NCBI GenBank assembly: GCA_965216725.1
Contig: CBDCGI010000005.1
Location: 82,016 to 146,015 of the forward strand
Origin: Acidimicrobiia bacterium
GTDB taxonomy: Bacteria; Actinomycetota; Acidimicrobiia; Spongiisociales; ZC4RG35
Direction of reading: 5' to 3'
Length of the DNA stretch: 64,000 nt
The position numbers and the translations under genes are program-made. Numbering within the stretch: the first letter of the stretch is position 1; each line of letters opens with the position of its first letter. Below, in pieces: positions 10,961 to 21,250 of this stretch. The notes under the pieces are model-generated. The model had not been told where the DNA came from, ran no database searches, and saw only the letters and a list, made by a program, of their open reading frames with translations.

Positions 10961-11736
10961 GACGTCGTAACCCCATGAATCGCCATGCATCAATCCTCCT
11001 CACGTTGGCCCTGATCGTCTCCGCATGCGGAACGGAGCCCGACGCGGGAGGCTCACCCGATGGCGCGTGGGAGCTCACCGCGGGAACGATGGCTGGTAAC
11101 GCAATCACCGTCATCGACGAGTATCCGGTAACCCTCACCATTGAGGGAGACCGTGCCGGCGGCACCGCCGCCTGCAACGGCTACGGCGGGCGGGTGGAAA
11201 TCGACGGCACAACCATTGCCTTCACCGATTTGGGCATCACCGAAATGGCCTGCATCGACCCGGGCGTAATGGACTCCGAGTCGGCATACATGCAAGCATT
11301 TGCCGGTGTCGACACCTACACGAGGGAAGGTGAAACCTTGACATTGACTGGCACGGATGTCTCGCTGGTCTACGAGTTGCTGCCGCCAGTCCCTACTGCC
11401 GACTTGGTGGGAACTGTTTGGGTATTGGAGGGCCTTGTGAGCGGGGAGGCGGTGTCCAGCGTCAGTGGCGATCGAGCCACACTCGAGATGTTCAGCGACG
11501 GCTCTCTGATCGGCTCCACAGGTTGTCGAACGCTCACCGGAAGCTATGAGGTCTTCGGAGCCTCCGTCTCGTTCACAGAATTCGGAGCCGATGGAGAATG
11601 CCCCTCAGAGCTGTCGGACCAGGACGACCATGTGATCGGAGTACTCGGCGACGGATTCTCCGTGAAAATCGACGACGAGACGATGACCGTGACCTCGGCG
11701 GGAGCCGCCGGACTCTTCTACCGCGCCGAGTCCTGA
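10957..11736 (+). CDS. Lipoprotein with two META (HslJ-like) domains
   Basis: A lipobox (LIVSAC) is present. There are repeated W..L/G..(GC)N..G.Y-type blocks with conserved Cys pairs (TAACNGYGG, STGCRTLTGSY). Confidence 0.5.
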   Translation: MRRRNPMNRHASILLTLALIVSACGTEPDAGGSPDGAWELTAGTMAGNAITVIDEYPVTLTIEGDRAGGTAACNGYGGRVEIDGTTIAFTDLGITEMACIDPGVMDSESAYMQAFAGVDTYTREGETLTLTGTDVSLVYELLPPVPTADLVGTVWVLEGLVSGEAVSSVSGDRATLEMFSDGSLIGSTGCRTLTGSYEVFGASVSFTEFGADGECPSELSDQDDHVIGVLGDGFSVKIDDETMTVTSAGAAGLFYRAES

Positions 11737-12473
11737 ACGGCGGCCGCAAGCCGCCTGGTCCTCGCAGCAACCAAATCGGGCCGCTCCATCGCGAGGAAAT
11801 GTCCAGCACCATCAACTACCTCCAACCCCGCTTTGGGCATGAGAGACGTCAATGAGCGCGGATGGTTGCCGCTGATGGTGTCTGACTCCGCGCCCACCAT
11901 CACCAGGACTGGCACCTCGATCATGTGCAGCCGGTCCCAGGTGTCGTGGTCGTTTGACGCTCGATAGATGTCCGCTTCGATCTCCGGGTCGCAGACCAGC
12001 GTGACTGGTCCGTCGCCGCGAAAGCCACATTCGACATAGCCGGCGAGGGCGTCGGGATGCCATCGGGCGAACAGCTGGCGGGAGGCGAAATTGGCTAGAG
12101 CCGCCTCACGCGAAGGGAACTCGCGCTTTCGCTTCAGGGCCCCGGGACTCAGGAAATGCTCGACTCGGACATGAGGGCCGGGAAAGATGATCGGCTCGAT
12201 CAAAATCAGCCCCCGAAATCGGGTCGGGTCTTGGACCTGAGCCATCGCGATCGCCGCCGCTCCCATCGAATGCCCGACGCCGATCCCTCCCGGCTCGGTC
12301 TCGTCGAGCACTTGCTCGCCAAACCTCGCCCAGTCGACCGGAAGATCCAGGGTTGGTCCCGATCCGTGCCCTGCAAAGTCCCAAATCACGGTTTCGAGGT
12401 CGTCCAACGCGTCGATCACCGGTGTCCATACGCGGCTACAGAAACTGGTGGCGTGGGCGAGGTAAATGGCCAT
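11718..12473 (-). CDS. Alpha/beta-fold hydrolase
   Basis: It has the GHSMG nucleophile elbow and an HG oxyanion motif near the N-terminus. The ORF is 251 aa. Confidence 0.7.
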   Translation of the reverse strand: MAIYLAHATSFCSRVWTPVIDALDDLETVIWDFAGHGSGPTLDLPVDWARFGEQVLDETEPGGIGVGHSMGAAAIAMAQVQDPTRFRGLILIEPIIFPGPHVRVEHFLSPGALKRKREFPSREAALANFASRQLFARWHPDALAGYVECGFRGDGPVTLVCDPEIEADIYRASNDHDTWDRLHMIEVPVLVMVGAESDTISGNHPRSLTSLMPKAGLEVVDGAGHFLAMERPDLVAARTRRLAAAVQDSAR

Positions 12474-12558
12474 CTGGGCACAGTAGAGGCTAAAGACACC
12501 CGAACATTTGCCCTTCGGCTTTGGCTGTCCCTGCCCGAGACGGGGTATTTTGGCGCCG

Positions 12559-15189
12559 TTGCCCTACATCTTTGACTTCGACTCAACCGACGGCACCGAT
12601 CGCGACTTGCTCGGCGGCAAGGGCGCGGGTCTGGCACGGATGACGTCGCTCGGCTTGCCCGTCCCGGCAGGCTTCACCATAAGCACTGAAGCCTGCCGGC
12701 ACGCGATGACAACCGGGGCGGTTCCCGATGGCCTCTGGGAGGAGGTCGGCGCCGCAGTGGAGCGCATGGCCGGCAAGGCAGGAAGAACCTTCGGAGGCGG
12801 CCCGGTGCCGCTGCTTGTCTCGGTCAGGTCCGGCGCCAAATTCTCCATGCCGGGGATGATGGACACGATCCTCAACATCGGGATCAACGACGACGTGGTC
12901 AAGGAGCTCATCGAGTGGTCGGGCGACCCCCATTTTGCCTGGGACGCCTACCGGCGATTCGTCCAGATGTACGGCAACGTCGTTCTCGGTATCGACGACC
13001 ACGAGTTCCAGGCGGTGCTGACCGACTTGAGGACGTTCCGCGGTGTGGACAACGACGCCGACCTGTCCACTGACGACCTCGAAAGCGCCACGCGGAGATT
13101 CCAAACCATCATCATCGGTCACCATCCCGCCGGTCTTCCGACCGATCCATTCGATCAGCTCCAGGGTGCGATCTCGGCCGTGTTCGACTCCTGGAACGGC
13201 AAGCGCGCAATCGAATATCGGAAGATCAACCGGATCCCGGACGATTTGGGTACTGCTGCCAACGTCCAGACGATGGTGTTTGGGGACATGGGTGACGATT
13301 CGGGAACCGGAGTCTGTTTCACCCGCGACCCGGCAACCGGATCGAGGCTTTCATACGGCGACTACCTGCCACGTGCCCAGGGTGAAGACGTCGTGGCCGG
13401 GATCCGAAACACCCTTTCTCTGGACGATCTCGGATCTCTCCACCCGGAATGCCACGCGCAGTTGCTCGAGATCATGGACGGGCTCGAGTCGCACTATCGA
13501 GATATGTGCGACATCGAGTTCACCATCGAGAAGAACACTCTGTACATCCTGCAGACGCGTGCTGGGAAACGGACCGCGGCTGCCGCAGTCCGCATGGCGG
13601 TTGCAATGTTCAACGAGGGCCTTATCGACAAGCCCACGGCGGTCACTCGTGTTGAGCCGGCCTCCCTTGAGCAACTCCACCGGCCCCGTATCTCGTCGGA
13701 CGTGAGCTTGGGAACAGCCATGGCCATGGGCGTGGCCGCTTCGCCAGGAGCGGCGAGCGGACGCGTCGTCTTCACCGCAGACGATGCAGTGGCCTGGGTC
13801 GAATCGGGCGAGGAGGTGATCCTCGTCACACAGGAAACCACCCCCGACGACATCCACGGCATGGCAGCCGCCCGGGGAATTCTCACGAGCCAAGGGGGCA
13901 AGACGTCACATGCCGCCGTGGTAGCCCGGGGAATGGGAAAGCCGGCAGTCACCGGAGCGGCGAGTGTGGTTGTCGACGACCGGGCGCTGATCGCGACAGT
14001 GGCGGGCCAGGAAATCCATCAGGGCGAGGTGATCACGATCGACGGCACCACCGGCGCGGTGTACCGAGGAGAAGTGGCGATGGTCGAGCCGGAGCCTCTC
14101 CCGGAGCTGGGGACACTCCTTGGCTGGGCCGACGAGATAAAGAGCATCGGAGTTCGGGCAAATGCAGACACCCCTAGAGATGCGGCCTTGGCGCGCGAGC
14201 GGGGAGCCAGAGGAATAGGTCTGGCTCGGACAGAGCACATGTTCATGGGAGAACGGCTTGGGATCGTGCGCTCGATCATCCTCGCCGCCAACCAGGAGGA
14301 GCGTGCCTCCGCGCTACAGCACCTGGAGACACTCCAAGTGTCGGATTTCGAGGCCATTCTCGAAGCCATGGACGGCTTACCCGTCGTGATTCGGATGCTG
14401 GACCCGCCGCTGCACGAGTTTCTGCCCTCGCGACTGGAGCTGGAGCACGAGATGTTGCGCCGGGTCAGGGCAGGGACGCCGATCGATGACCTTCAGCACA
14501 TGTCCGACCAGGTGGCTCGATGGGAGGAGACCAATCCGATGCTCGGCCTGCGCGGAGTGAGGCTGGGATTGATGCTCGACAACCTCTACCGAATGCAAGC
14601 GCGGGCGGCAGGTGCAGCTCTAGTGCGCAGACACGAGGCCGGCGGAGACCCCAGACTCGAGATCATGGTGCCCCTGGTGTCGGACGTTGAGGAACTGGCG
14701 AGGATGCGCGATCTAATCACAGAGGAGATCACGGCAGCCGGCGCCGCCGCTGGGATGCGGCTCCAGATTCCAATCGGAACGATGATCGAGCTTCCCCGTG
14801 CGGCGCTGACATCAGGCGAGATTGCCAAGACAGCCGAGTTCTTCTCCTTTGGCACCAACGACCTCACCCAGATGACCTACGGCCTGTCGCGCGACGACGC
14901 CGAAGGCCATTTCCTCCGGGAGTACCTGGAGCAGGGGATATTCGCATCAGACCCCTTCCAAACGCTCGACCAGGACGGCGTGGGCAGACTCGTCCGGGTC
15001 GCCACCATTGAAGGGCGAGAGGCCAACCCGGACCTGATTGTCGGGTTGTGCGGCGAGCACGGTGGCGACCCCGACTCGATCGCTTTCGTCGCCGGCCTGG
15101 GGCTCGACTACGTCTCGTGCAGCCCGCCCCGCATCGAGGGCGCCCGTCTCGCCGCTGCTCAGGCCACAATCGCCGCCGGAAACGACTAG
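12559..15189 (+). CDS. ppdK: Pyruvate, phosphate dikinase
   Basis: LLGGKGAGLARMTSLGLPVPAGFTISTEAC, the phospho-His region GGKTSHAAVVARGMGKP and the C-terminal PEP-utilising TIM barrel are present. The start is probably the TTG at ~12559, not the M of the 893-aa ORF. Confidence 0.9.
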   Translation: MPYIFDFDSTDGTDRDLLGGKGAGLARMTSLGLPVPAGFTISTEACRHAMTTGAVPDGLWEEVGAAVERMAGKAGRTFGGGPVPLLVSVRSGAKFSMPGMMDTILNIGINDDVVKELIEWSGDPHFAWDAYRRFVQMYGNVVLGIDDHEFQAVLTDLRTFRGVDNDADLSTDDLESATRRFQTIIIGHHPAGLPTDPFDQLQGAISAVFDSWNGKRAIEYRKINRIPDDLGTAANVQTMVFGDMGDDSGTGVCFTRDPATGSRLSYGDYLPRAQGEDVVAGIRNTLSLDDLGSLHPECHAQLLEIMDGLESHYRDMCDIEFTIEKNTLYILQTRAGKRTAAAAVRMAVAMFNEGLIDKPTAVTRVEPASLEQLHRPRISSDVSLGTAMAMGVAASPGAASGRVVFTADDAVAWVESGEEVILVTQETTPDDIHGMAAARGILTSQGGKTSHAAVVARGMGKPAVTGAASVVVDDRALIATVAGQEIHQGEVITIDGTTGAVYRGEVAMVEPEPLPELGTLLGWADEIKSIGVRANADTPRDAALARERGARGIGLARTEHMFMGERLGIVRSIILAANQEERASALQHLETLQVSDFEAILEAMDGLPVVIRMLDPPLHEFLPSRLELEHEMLRRVRAGTPIDDLQHMSDQVARWEETNPMLGLRGVRLGLMLDNLYRMQARAAGAALVRRHEAGGDPRLEIMVPLVSDVEELARMRDLITEEITAAGAAAGMRLQIPIGTMIELPRAALTSGEIAKTAEFFSFGTNDLTQMTYGLSRDDAEGHFLREYLEQGIFASDPFQTLDQDGVGRLVRVATIEGREANPDLIVGLCGEHGGDPDSIAFVAGLGLDYVSCSPPRIEGARLAAAQATIAAGND

Positions 15190-15236
15190 GCCAGCAAACG
15201 TTCCCCAGCCTGACCCACCGAGGGTTCACCCGAACC

Positions 15237-15294
15237 CGTCGAGTGTGCTTGTACTACCCAAAAACCGAGACCTTAAGCACGCTCGACGAGTAGG
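15237..15294. repeat. Palindromic intergenic element, copy 1 (between convergent ppdK and meaB-like; terminator-like stem-loop)
   Basis: cgtcgagtgtgcttgtactacccaaaaaccgagaccttaagcacgctcgacgagtagg is about 90% identical to the copy at 33450-33510. Confidence 0.6.
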
Positions 15295-15319
15295 AGGCAC
15301 AGCATCTCACTCCAGAAGG

Positions 15320-15998
15320 TGATGAAGAGTCAACTACGCAACAGCTGGTCGGCGAGGGCCCTAACGCCCTCGCCAGTGGTGGCGGTCGTGACCAGGATCG
15401 GCCGGTCCTCCCCGACCGAGTTCCGCAATGCGTTGACCAGGGCGTCGACGCCTGGCTGGTCCCCTTTGTTGACCACAAACACGTCGGCGACCTCGACGAT
15501 CCCAGCCTTGTCCGCCTGAACTTGGTCACCCCATCCCGGCGAGAGTACGAGCACGACAGTCTCCACCAAATGCATGACCTCGACTTCGGATTGGCCAACA
15601 CCCACTGTCTCCACCAGGACGACGTCAAACCCAGACCGAGTCATTGCCTGGAGCACATCTCCCGTAGATGCAGCTAGGCCGCCCAAATGACCGCGGGATG
15701 CCATCGAGCGGACAAATACACCAGGATCATCGACATGGCCCTGCATCCGGATCCGATCACCGAGAATCGCACCTCCTGTCACCGGGCTGGAGGGGTCGAC
15801 GGCTACAACGCCCACTGTCAATCCCCGAGAGCGCAGATCGGTGATCAAAGCGCCGGCGAGAGTCGACTTGCCTGCCCCGGGAGGACCCGTGATCCCAATC
15901 GCCGGCGATAACGGATGATCTCTTGGGATTTCGACGCTCTCACCAGCCTCGAGACGAGTGATGAGCCGAGCCAGCTCGCGTCTGTTATCGGTCGCCAT
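15320..15998 (-). CDS. MeaB/ArgK-like G3E-family GTPase (methylmalonyl-CoA mutase chaperone family), short form
   Basis: It has a P-loop GITGPPGAGKST, a G-domain DVVLVETVGVGQSE and NKGD. At 222 aa it lacks the usual C-terminal extension. Confidence 0.65.
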
Positions 15999-16024
15999 CG
16001 AGGGCGAAGGTTACGACAGGCTGC

Positions 16025-16369
16025 TCAGAGTGCCGGGATCTGGATGCCGCCCACGAGATCGTCTTCCAGGCCAGGGGCGTCGGCCGTGGCGTTGACTTCC
16101 ACGACCCCAGGAACCCGGTCTTTGAGGATGCGTTCGATCCCGGCCTTCAAAGTCATCATGGAAAGCGGACAGCCGCCACATGCGCCAACCATCTGCAGGC
16201 TGACCACACCCTCTTCTTCACCGAGCAGCACGAGGTCGCCACCGTCGGCCTGAACGGCGGGACGGATGTAGTCCAGTGTCTCCCGGAGCTTGGCCGCGTC
16301 AACGGGGCCCTCTGGGGGCGCGCTCGACGCGATGGAGACGGGGGTGCTTTCGGTCATCTCAGATTCCAA
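16025..16369 (-). CDS. NifU-like (Nfu-type) Fe-S cluster domain protein
   Basis: It has the C-terminal GACGGCP motif and a thioredoxin-like Nfu fold signature. Confidence 0.6.
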   Translation of the reverse strand: MESEMTESTPVSIASSAPPEGPVDAAKLRETLDYIRPAVQADGGDLVLLGEEEGVVSLQMVGACGGCPLSMMTLKAGIERILKDRVPGVVEVNATADAPGLEDDLVGGIQIPAL

Positions 16370-16417
16370 CCCTGGCAGTTGTGCGGTTCTTCCCGGGATT
16401 GTACTCGTGCCCGAGTG

Positions 16418-17671
16418 TCATCCCACCCGCTCCACGGTCGCCCCGAGACTGCGGAGACGTGCGTCGAAGCTCTCGTAGCCGCGGTCTATGTGCTCGGCGG
16501 CATGGACCTTGGTCTCCCCATCGGCAATGAGGCCGGCCAAAGCTAGCGCCGCCCCGGCCCTAATATCCGGCGCAAGAACCGGACAGCCAGACAGACCGTC
16601 GACACCACGCACGATGGCGTGCTGGGATTCTGTGGCGATATCGGCTCCCATCCGGGCCAATTCACCGATATAGCGAAAGCGAGCGTCGTAGAGGTTCTCA
16701 GTGATCACAGATGTCCCGTCGGCGATGGACAGCAGGGCCACCATTTGCGGCTGCATGTCCGTGTGGAATCCGGGAAAAGGAAGCGTGGAGAAATCAACGG
16801 CAGACGGGCGCTCCGGCCCCTTGACCCGTATCCACCCCTCGCCTCTCTCCACTCCGCACCCTGCCTCCTCCAACTTCTGAAGTTCCATGCGCAGATGCTC
16901 AGGAACGCAACCTGTGACAGTGACGTCGCCGGCAGTGATGGCGCCCGCCACCGCATAGGTTCCGGCCTCGAGACGATCGGGCACGACACGATGCTCAGTC
17001 GGGCGCAGTTGGTCCACACCCTCGATCGTCACCAGTGAAGTCCCGGCACCGCTGATCCTCGCGCCCATTGCCGTCAATTGCCGGATCAGGTCCTCGATCT
17101 CGGGCTCTCTCGCAGCGTTGACAATGGTGGTCGCCCCCTCGGCCCCTACTCCAGCGAAGAGAAGATTCTCCGTGGCTCCGACGGAGGGGAACGGAAGCTC
17201 GACCTCAGCGCCCTTCAGACGGCCATCAACCTTGCCCACCAGCTCGCCATGGACCAAATCGAACGACGCACCCATGGCCTCGAGCCCCTCAAGATGCCAG
17301 CCGATCGGGCGCGCCCCCAGGTCGTCACCCCCGGGTAGGGCAACTCTCACCTCCCCACACCTGGCGAGAAGCGGGCCCAATACAACGATCGACGCTCTCA
17401 TCGACCGCACCAACTCGATTGGCGCTTCCGGATTGAGGTCGTCTGGAACCACCACCCACAACTCGTTGTCCCCCTGAGTCACTTTGCAGCCCGTGTGTTG
17501 AAGGACTCGACACATGAGCTCGACGTCGACGATCGAAGGGACATTGGAGAGGCGATGACGGCCCGGTGCAAGCAGGCAAGAAACCATCTCCTTCAGGACC
17601 GCGTTCTTGGCACCAAGCACACCAACGGTTCCCTGTAGCGGAGGCCCGCCGGTGATGACTATCGATGACAT
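16418..17671 (-). CDS. murA: UDP-N-acetylglucosamine 1-carboxyvinyltransferase
   Basis: The 417-aa ORF has the EPT fold. The N-terminus [21 protein letters not shown] and conserved blocks are present throughout. Confidence 0.9.
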   Translation of the reverse strand: MSSIVITGGPPLQGTVGVLGAKNAVLKEMVSCLLAPGRHRLSNVPSIVDVELMCRVLQHTGCKVTQGDNELWVVVPDDLNPEAPIELVRSMRASIVVLGPLLARCGEVRVALPGGDDLGARPIGWHLEGLEAMGASFDLVHGELVGKVDGRLKGAEVELPFPSVGATENLLFAGVGAEGATTIVNAAREPEIEDLIRQLTAMGARISGAGTSLVTIEGVDQLRPTEHRVVPDRLEAGTYAVAGAITAGDVTVTGCVPEHLRMELQKLEEAGCGVERGEGWIRVKGPERPSAVDFSTLPFPGFHTDMQPQMVALLSIADGTSVITENLYDARFRYIGELARMGADIATESQHAIVRGVDGLSGCPVLAPDIRAGAALALAGLIADGETKVHAAEHIDRGYESFDARLRSLGATVERVG

Positions 17672-17726
17672 CGCGAGGTGAATCTAATGCCGGCCGGGCT
17701 GCTGCTGGCTACCCTCCCCGCCCAAT

Positions 17727-18165
17727 GAGAATCGCATTGGGCTCTGACCACGCCGGGTTCGAACTAAAGGAGCATCTCGCCGCCTGGCTGGCGGAGGCCG
17801 GACACGCCGTGTACGACCTCGGTACACACTCGGCGGACCCCGTCGACTATCCAGATTACGCCACAGCCGTCTCCCAAGCAGTCCTCGATGGACGCGCCGA
17901 CCGCGGCGTGGTGATCTGCGGATCCGGTGCCGGCGCCTCCGTTGCCGCCAACAAGCTGAAAGGCATCCGCGCCTCGGTGGCGCATGACGTCTACACGGCC
18001 CATCAGATGGTCGAGCACGACGACGTCAATGTTCTCTGCCTCGGCTCGAGGGTGGTGGGCCGGGCGCTGGCCGAGGACCTGGTCGAGACCTACCTAAACG
18101 CCAGCTTCAGCCGAGAAGATCGGCATGTCCGCCGGTTGGACAAGATCCGGTCGCTGGAGGCTTAA
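17727..18165 (+). CDS. rpiB: Ribose-5-phosphate isomerase B
   Basis: MRIALGSDHAGFELKE...VVICGSGAGASVAANKLKGIRA is the RpiB/LacAB signature. Confidence 0.8.
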
Positions 18166-18773
18166 GCCAGGCTCTCCTCGGCGATGTCGGCCAAGGCGTT
18201 GAGACCTTGGACCCCGATCTCGCCAGAGGTCCGCACCAAGACGTTGTTGTCACCGTCGACCACGAGGTAGAAGGGCGTGCCTGCCATCCCGTAAGCGGCG
18301 GCCGCGGTGCCGATCTCGTCATCCATGATCGTGGGCTGCTCCCAACCTTCATCATCGAGCCAGTCTTGGGGTGGCCAGTTGGGGCGAAGTCGATCGGTGG
18401 AGACGGTGATTCCATACATGTCGACGCCGTCGGGGAGATTGCCTTCGTCAAGCCAGTCGACCACAACCGGTACCTCGGCCTGGCAATGCGAACACCAGTG
18501 GGCGAGGAAAATGACGATCTTGGGGCGACCGTCGGGGCCGATGGTCGCGGGAAGGTCGTTCCAATCTGCGCCGGACACGACTGGTGCGGGCGAACCGACG
18601 ACCGGGTCGTTTGTGATCGATCCGAACACCGGAAGCGGGCTGCCTTCGAGGGTCACCTCGCCGTAGCCGATACTGGCATCGGCCGTCTCCTCACCGGCAA
18701 TCGAGGCCGCCATGAGGATTACCAACCCAAGACCTACCACACCGCCAATGATCCAAAGGACGGTCTTATTCAC
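18162..18773 (-). CDS. TlpA/ResA-like membrane-anchored thiol:disulfide oxidoreductase
   Basis: It has an N-terminal TM segment and a thioredoxin fold with a WCSHC active site. Confidence 0.7.
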   Translation of the reverse strand: MNKTVLWIIGGVVGLGLVILMAASIAGEETADASIGYGEVTLEGSPLPVFGSITNDPVVGSPAPVVSGADWNDLPATIGPDGRPKIVIFLAHWCSHCQAEVPVVVDWLDEGNLPDGVDMYGITVSTDRLRPNWPPQDWLDDEGWEQPTIMDDEIGTAAAAYGMAGTPFYLVVDGDNNVLVRTSGEIGVQGLNALADIAEESLA

Positions 18774-19296
18774 GGGATTCCTTCACGTAGAACAGCAAGA
18801 GGACTGAGATCAGGATAAACCCGGCTCCTGCCATAAATGGGATGGAGACAAACCCCAGCTCCTCCACGTAGCGGGCCGAGCAGGGGTTCGTGGGATCACA
18901 CGAGCTCCCCTCGAGCGACGGGTTGAGCTGGACAACGTAGTGGTAAACCGAGATGGCTAAACCGATCAGAGAAAGCGGGAGCGCGTAATACCGGGCGACG
19001 ACTTCGCGCCTGATTGCTGCCACCAGGAGGATCACCGAAAGCGGGTACATGGCGATTCGCTGATACCAGCAGAGGCGACACGGAATGAAGTGGACGACCT
19101 CGGAGTAGATCAGCGAGCCGACGGTGGCAACGGCCGCAACCAGCCACGCCAGCCACAATGATCCGGGGTCGAGGAGGTCCGCAGCCGCTGGCCCTTTGAC
19201 CGCTCGGTAAGCAAGCAACGCGACGGCGCCCAGGATCGCTATCAGCGAGAGTGCCGTGAGGAAAGTGTTGTAGAGGTCGAGTGTTTCGGCTGACAT
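18766..19296 (-). CDS. Disulfide bond formation protein B (DsbB/BdbC family)
   Basis: It has 4 TMS. CRLCWYQR and a second Cys pair (CDPTNPC) are present. Confidence 0.6.
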   Translation of the reverse strand: MSAETLDLYNTFLTALSLIAILGAVALLAYRAVKGPAAADLLDPGSLWLAWLVAAVATVGSLIYSEVVHFIPCRLCWYQRIAMYPLSVILLVAAIRREVVARYYALPLSLIGLAISVYHYVVQLNPSLEGSSCDPTNPCSARYVEELGFVSIPFMAGAGFILISVLLLFYVKESRE

Positions 19297-19307
19297 GAAC
19301 GACCGGA

Positions 19308-19637
19308 CTAGTCACCGATGTTGTAGTAGGAGACGATCTCTTCGATGAGTCCGCCGTCCACATAGAACCACTCCGAGACCGACAACGTGAAATCGCCCTT
19401 TCTGCCGGTGTAGCGGACACAGGCGCGGCTCCCTTGATACATCTCGTCGTGGATCTCGAAAGAGAAGCCAAGGAAGGCCTCCTGGTTGGCCTCGACCTCG
19501 GAAAGGTAGGCGTCACGTCCTTCGATCGTCCCAAAAGGGCTGGTATGACGGAAACCCTCAGCGACCGGGATTTCCCGGAAGTCGCCGCGCTCCCACGTTG
19601 CGAACCAGTTCCGCACTACGTCTTGAATCGTCACCAA
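19308..19637 (-). CDS. SnoaL-like / NTF2-fold protein
   Basis: It is about 109 aa. WFATWERGDF is a typical opening for ketosteroid-isomerase-like proteins. Confidence 0.4.
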   Translation of the reverse strand: MVTIQDVVRNWFATWERGDFREIPVAEGFRHTSPFGTIEGRDAYLSEVEANQEAFLGFSFEIHDEMYQGSRACVRYTGRKGDFTLSVSEWFYVDGGLIEEIVSYYNIGD

Positions 19638-19675
19638 GCCCTCTTGCCAAATTGTGGTTTCGTTGCTGGCAGTCC

Positions 19676-19751
19676 CGACCGGATTCGAACCGGCGTTTCC
19701 GGCTTGAAAGGCCGGCGTCCTAGGCCTCTGGACGACGGGACCAGGGCAAGC
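19676..19751 (-). tRNA. tRNA-Glu (anticodon UUC)
   Basis: rc = GGTCCCGTCGTCCAGAGGCCTAGGACGCCGGCCTTTCAAGCCGGAAACGCCGGTTCGAATCCGGTCGGGACTGCCA. The cloverleaf folds, the anticodon loop is CTTTCAA, and CCA is encoded. It lies immediately downstream of gltX. Confidence 0.85.
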
Positions 19752-19831
19752 AGAGAGGTTATCCGCAGGAAATCGCCAACCGAAACCTTCCCACCCATCC
19801 CCGTTCGGTGCGAACGCAAAAGGAGCAGGCT

Positions 19832-21250
19832 CTAGAGGAGCGAGGCTGCCCGTGAGAGGCGCTCCATCGCCTTCTCCCTGCCGAGGACGGCCAAGGACTC
19901 GAACAATGGGGGGCTGACAGAAGTCCCCGTCACCGCCACCCGGATCGGCTGCAGCGCCTTGCCCATTCCGATTCCCAACTCGGCGATCATCCCTCTCAGC
20001 ACCGCCTCGATCGATGGATGGTCCCAGACTTCCACCTGCGACAGCGCGGTCTGAGCGCCGGCCAGGATCTCGTCGACGCCATCTTTGGCCATCACTTTCT
20101 CCCAGGATCTCTGGTCGAATTCCTCGAAATCCTCAAATAAGAACACGACCTGCTCCCCCGCCTCAGGCAGGAGCTTGGTCCGCTCTTGAACCAGCGGAGC
20201 AAGCTCCCCGAAACGCTGCCATTCGTCTCCGCTCAACTCACGGCCGACCGCCGTTTCGACATGGGGCCGAACCCGCTCGGTGAACTCTTCGGCGGACATC
20301 GCCCTGATGTACTCGCCGTTCATCCACGCCAGCTTGTCGGTGTCGAAGACAGAAGGGTTCTTGGAGACGTCAACCAAGTCGAACGCGGCAACCGCCGTGT
20401 CCCTGTCGAACACCTCTGTCTCACCGTCGAGGGACCAGCCCAACAACGACAGGTAATTGAACACGGCCTCCGGGATGTAACCCGCATCCCGGTACTGCGT
20501 CACCGACGTGGCACCGTGACGTTTCGACAGCTTCTTGCCGTCTGTGCCAAAGAGAAGCGGAAGATGGGCGTAGGCGGGCTCCTCCGCACGCAAGGCCCGT
20601 GTCAGCAGGATGTGCTTGGGAGTGGAAGGCAAGAGATCCTCACCGCGGGCAACGTGGGTGATCTCGTAGTCGATGTCGTCGACCGTCGAGGCCAGGTGGT
20701 ACGTGGGGGTCCCATCGCTGCGCAGGATCACGAAGTCGTCGACGTCGGCAGGCATGAATCTCATATCCCCGCGGACGATGTCCTGGAAGACGATGGGACT
20801 GTCTTGAGGCACCGAAAGCCGGATTACACCGTCACCGGCCTCAGGAGCGGGGCGTCTGATGTAGTGACCCGGGTGCTTGCCCTCCTTTTGCGCCCTCTGG
20901 CGCAGAGACTCGAGCTCATCACTCGACCTGTCGTCGAAATAGGCAGCACCCGACGTCACCAGATCGCGAGCGACCTCCGAGTACCTCGGGAACCGATCGG
21001 ATTGGCGATAACTCCCATGGGGGCCGCCCACTTCCACACCTTCGTCCCAGTCGAGACCGAGCCACCGCAGCGAGCCCAGGATCTCCTTCTCGAACTCATG
21101 GGTCGACCGCTCCAAGTCGGTGTCGTCGATGCGGACGATGAATGCCCCGCCATGGTGCCGAGCAAACAGCCAATTGAAGAGCGCCGCCCGTGCCGTTCCC
21201 ACGTGGAGTGTGCCCGTCGGTGACGGAGCGACTCTCACTCTGACGCTCAT
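19832..21250 (-). CDS. gltX: Glutamyl-tRNA synthetase
   Basis: PSPTGTLHVGTARAALFNWLFAR (HIGH region) and a KMSKS-like segment (LSKRHGATSV) are present. The ORF is 472 aa. Confidence 0.9.
   Translation of the reverse strand: MSVRVRVAPSPTGTLHVGTARAALFNWLFARHHGGAFIVRIDDTDLERSTHEFEKEILGSLRWLGLDWDEGVEVGGPHGSYRQSDRFPRYSEVARDLVTSGAAYFDDRSSDELESLRQRAQKEGKHPGHYIRRPAPEAGDGVIRLSVPQDSPIVFQDIVRGDMRFMPADVDDFVILRSDGTPTYHLASTVDDIDYEITHVARGEDLLPSTPKHILLTRALRAEEPAYAHLPLLFGTDGKKLSKRHGATSVTQYRDAGYIPEAVFNYLSLLGWSLDGETEVFDRDTAVAAFDLVDVSKNPSVFDTDKLAWMNGEYIRAMSAEEFTERVRPHVETAVGRELSGDEWQRFGELAPLVQERTKLLPEAGEQVVFLFEDFEEFDQRSWEKVMAKDGVDEILAGAQTALSQVEVWDHPSIEAVLRGMIAELGIGMGKALQPIRVAVTGTSVSPPLFESLAVLGREKAMERLSRAASLL

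Noticed and set aside
12106-12429. ORFs within and antisense to the alpha/beta hydrolase (e.g. 12106..12429, 12156..12575)
   Set aside because: They overlap the hydrolase with its clear GHSMG motif. No independent support.
15254-15330. Idea that the palindromic element at 15237-15294 truncated the meaB-like gene's C-terminus
   Set aside because: Translating downstream of the stop in all frames gives nothing resembling the MeaB C-terminal dimerisation region. The stop is clean. The gene is more likely a naturally short G3E GTPase.
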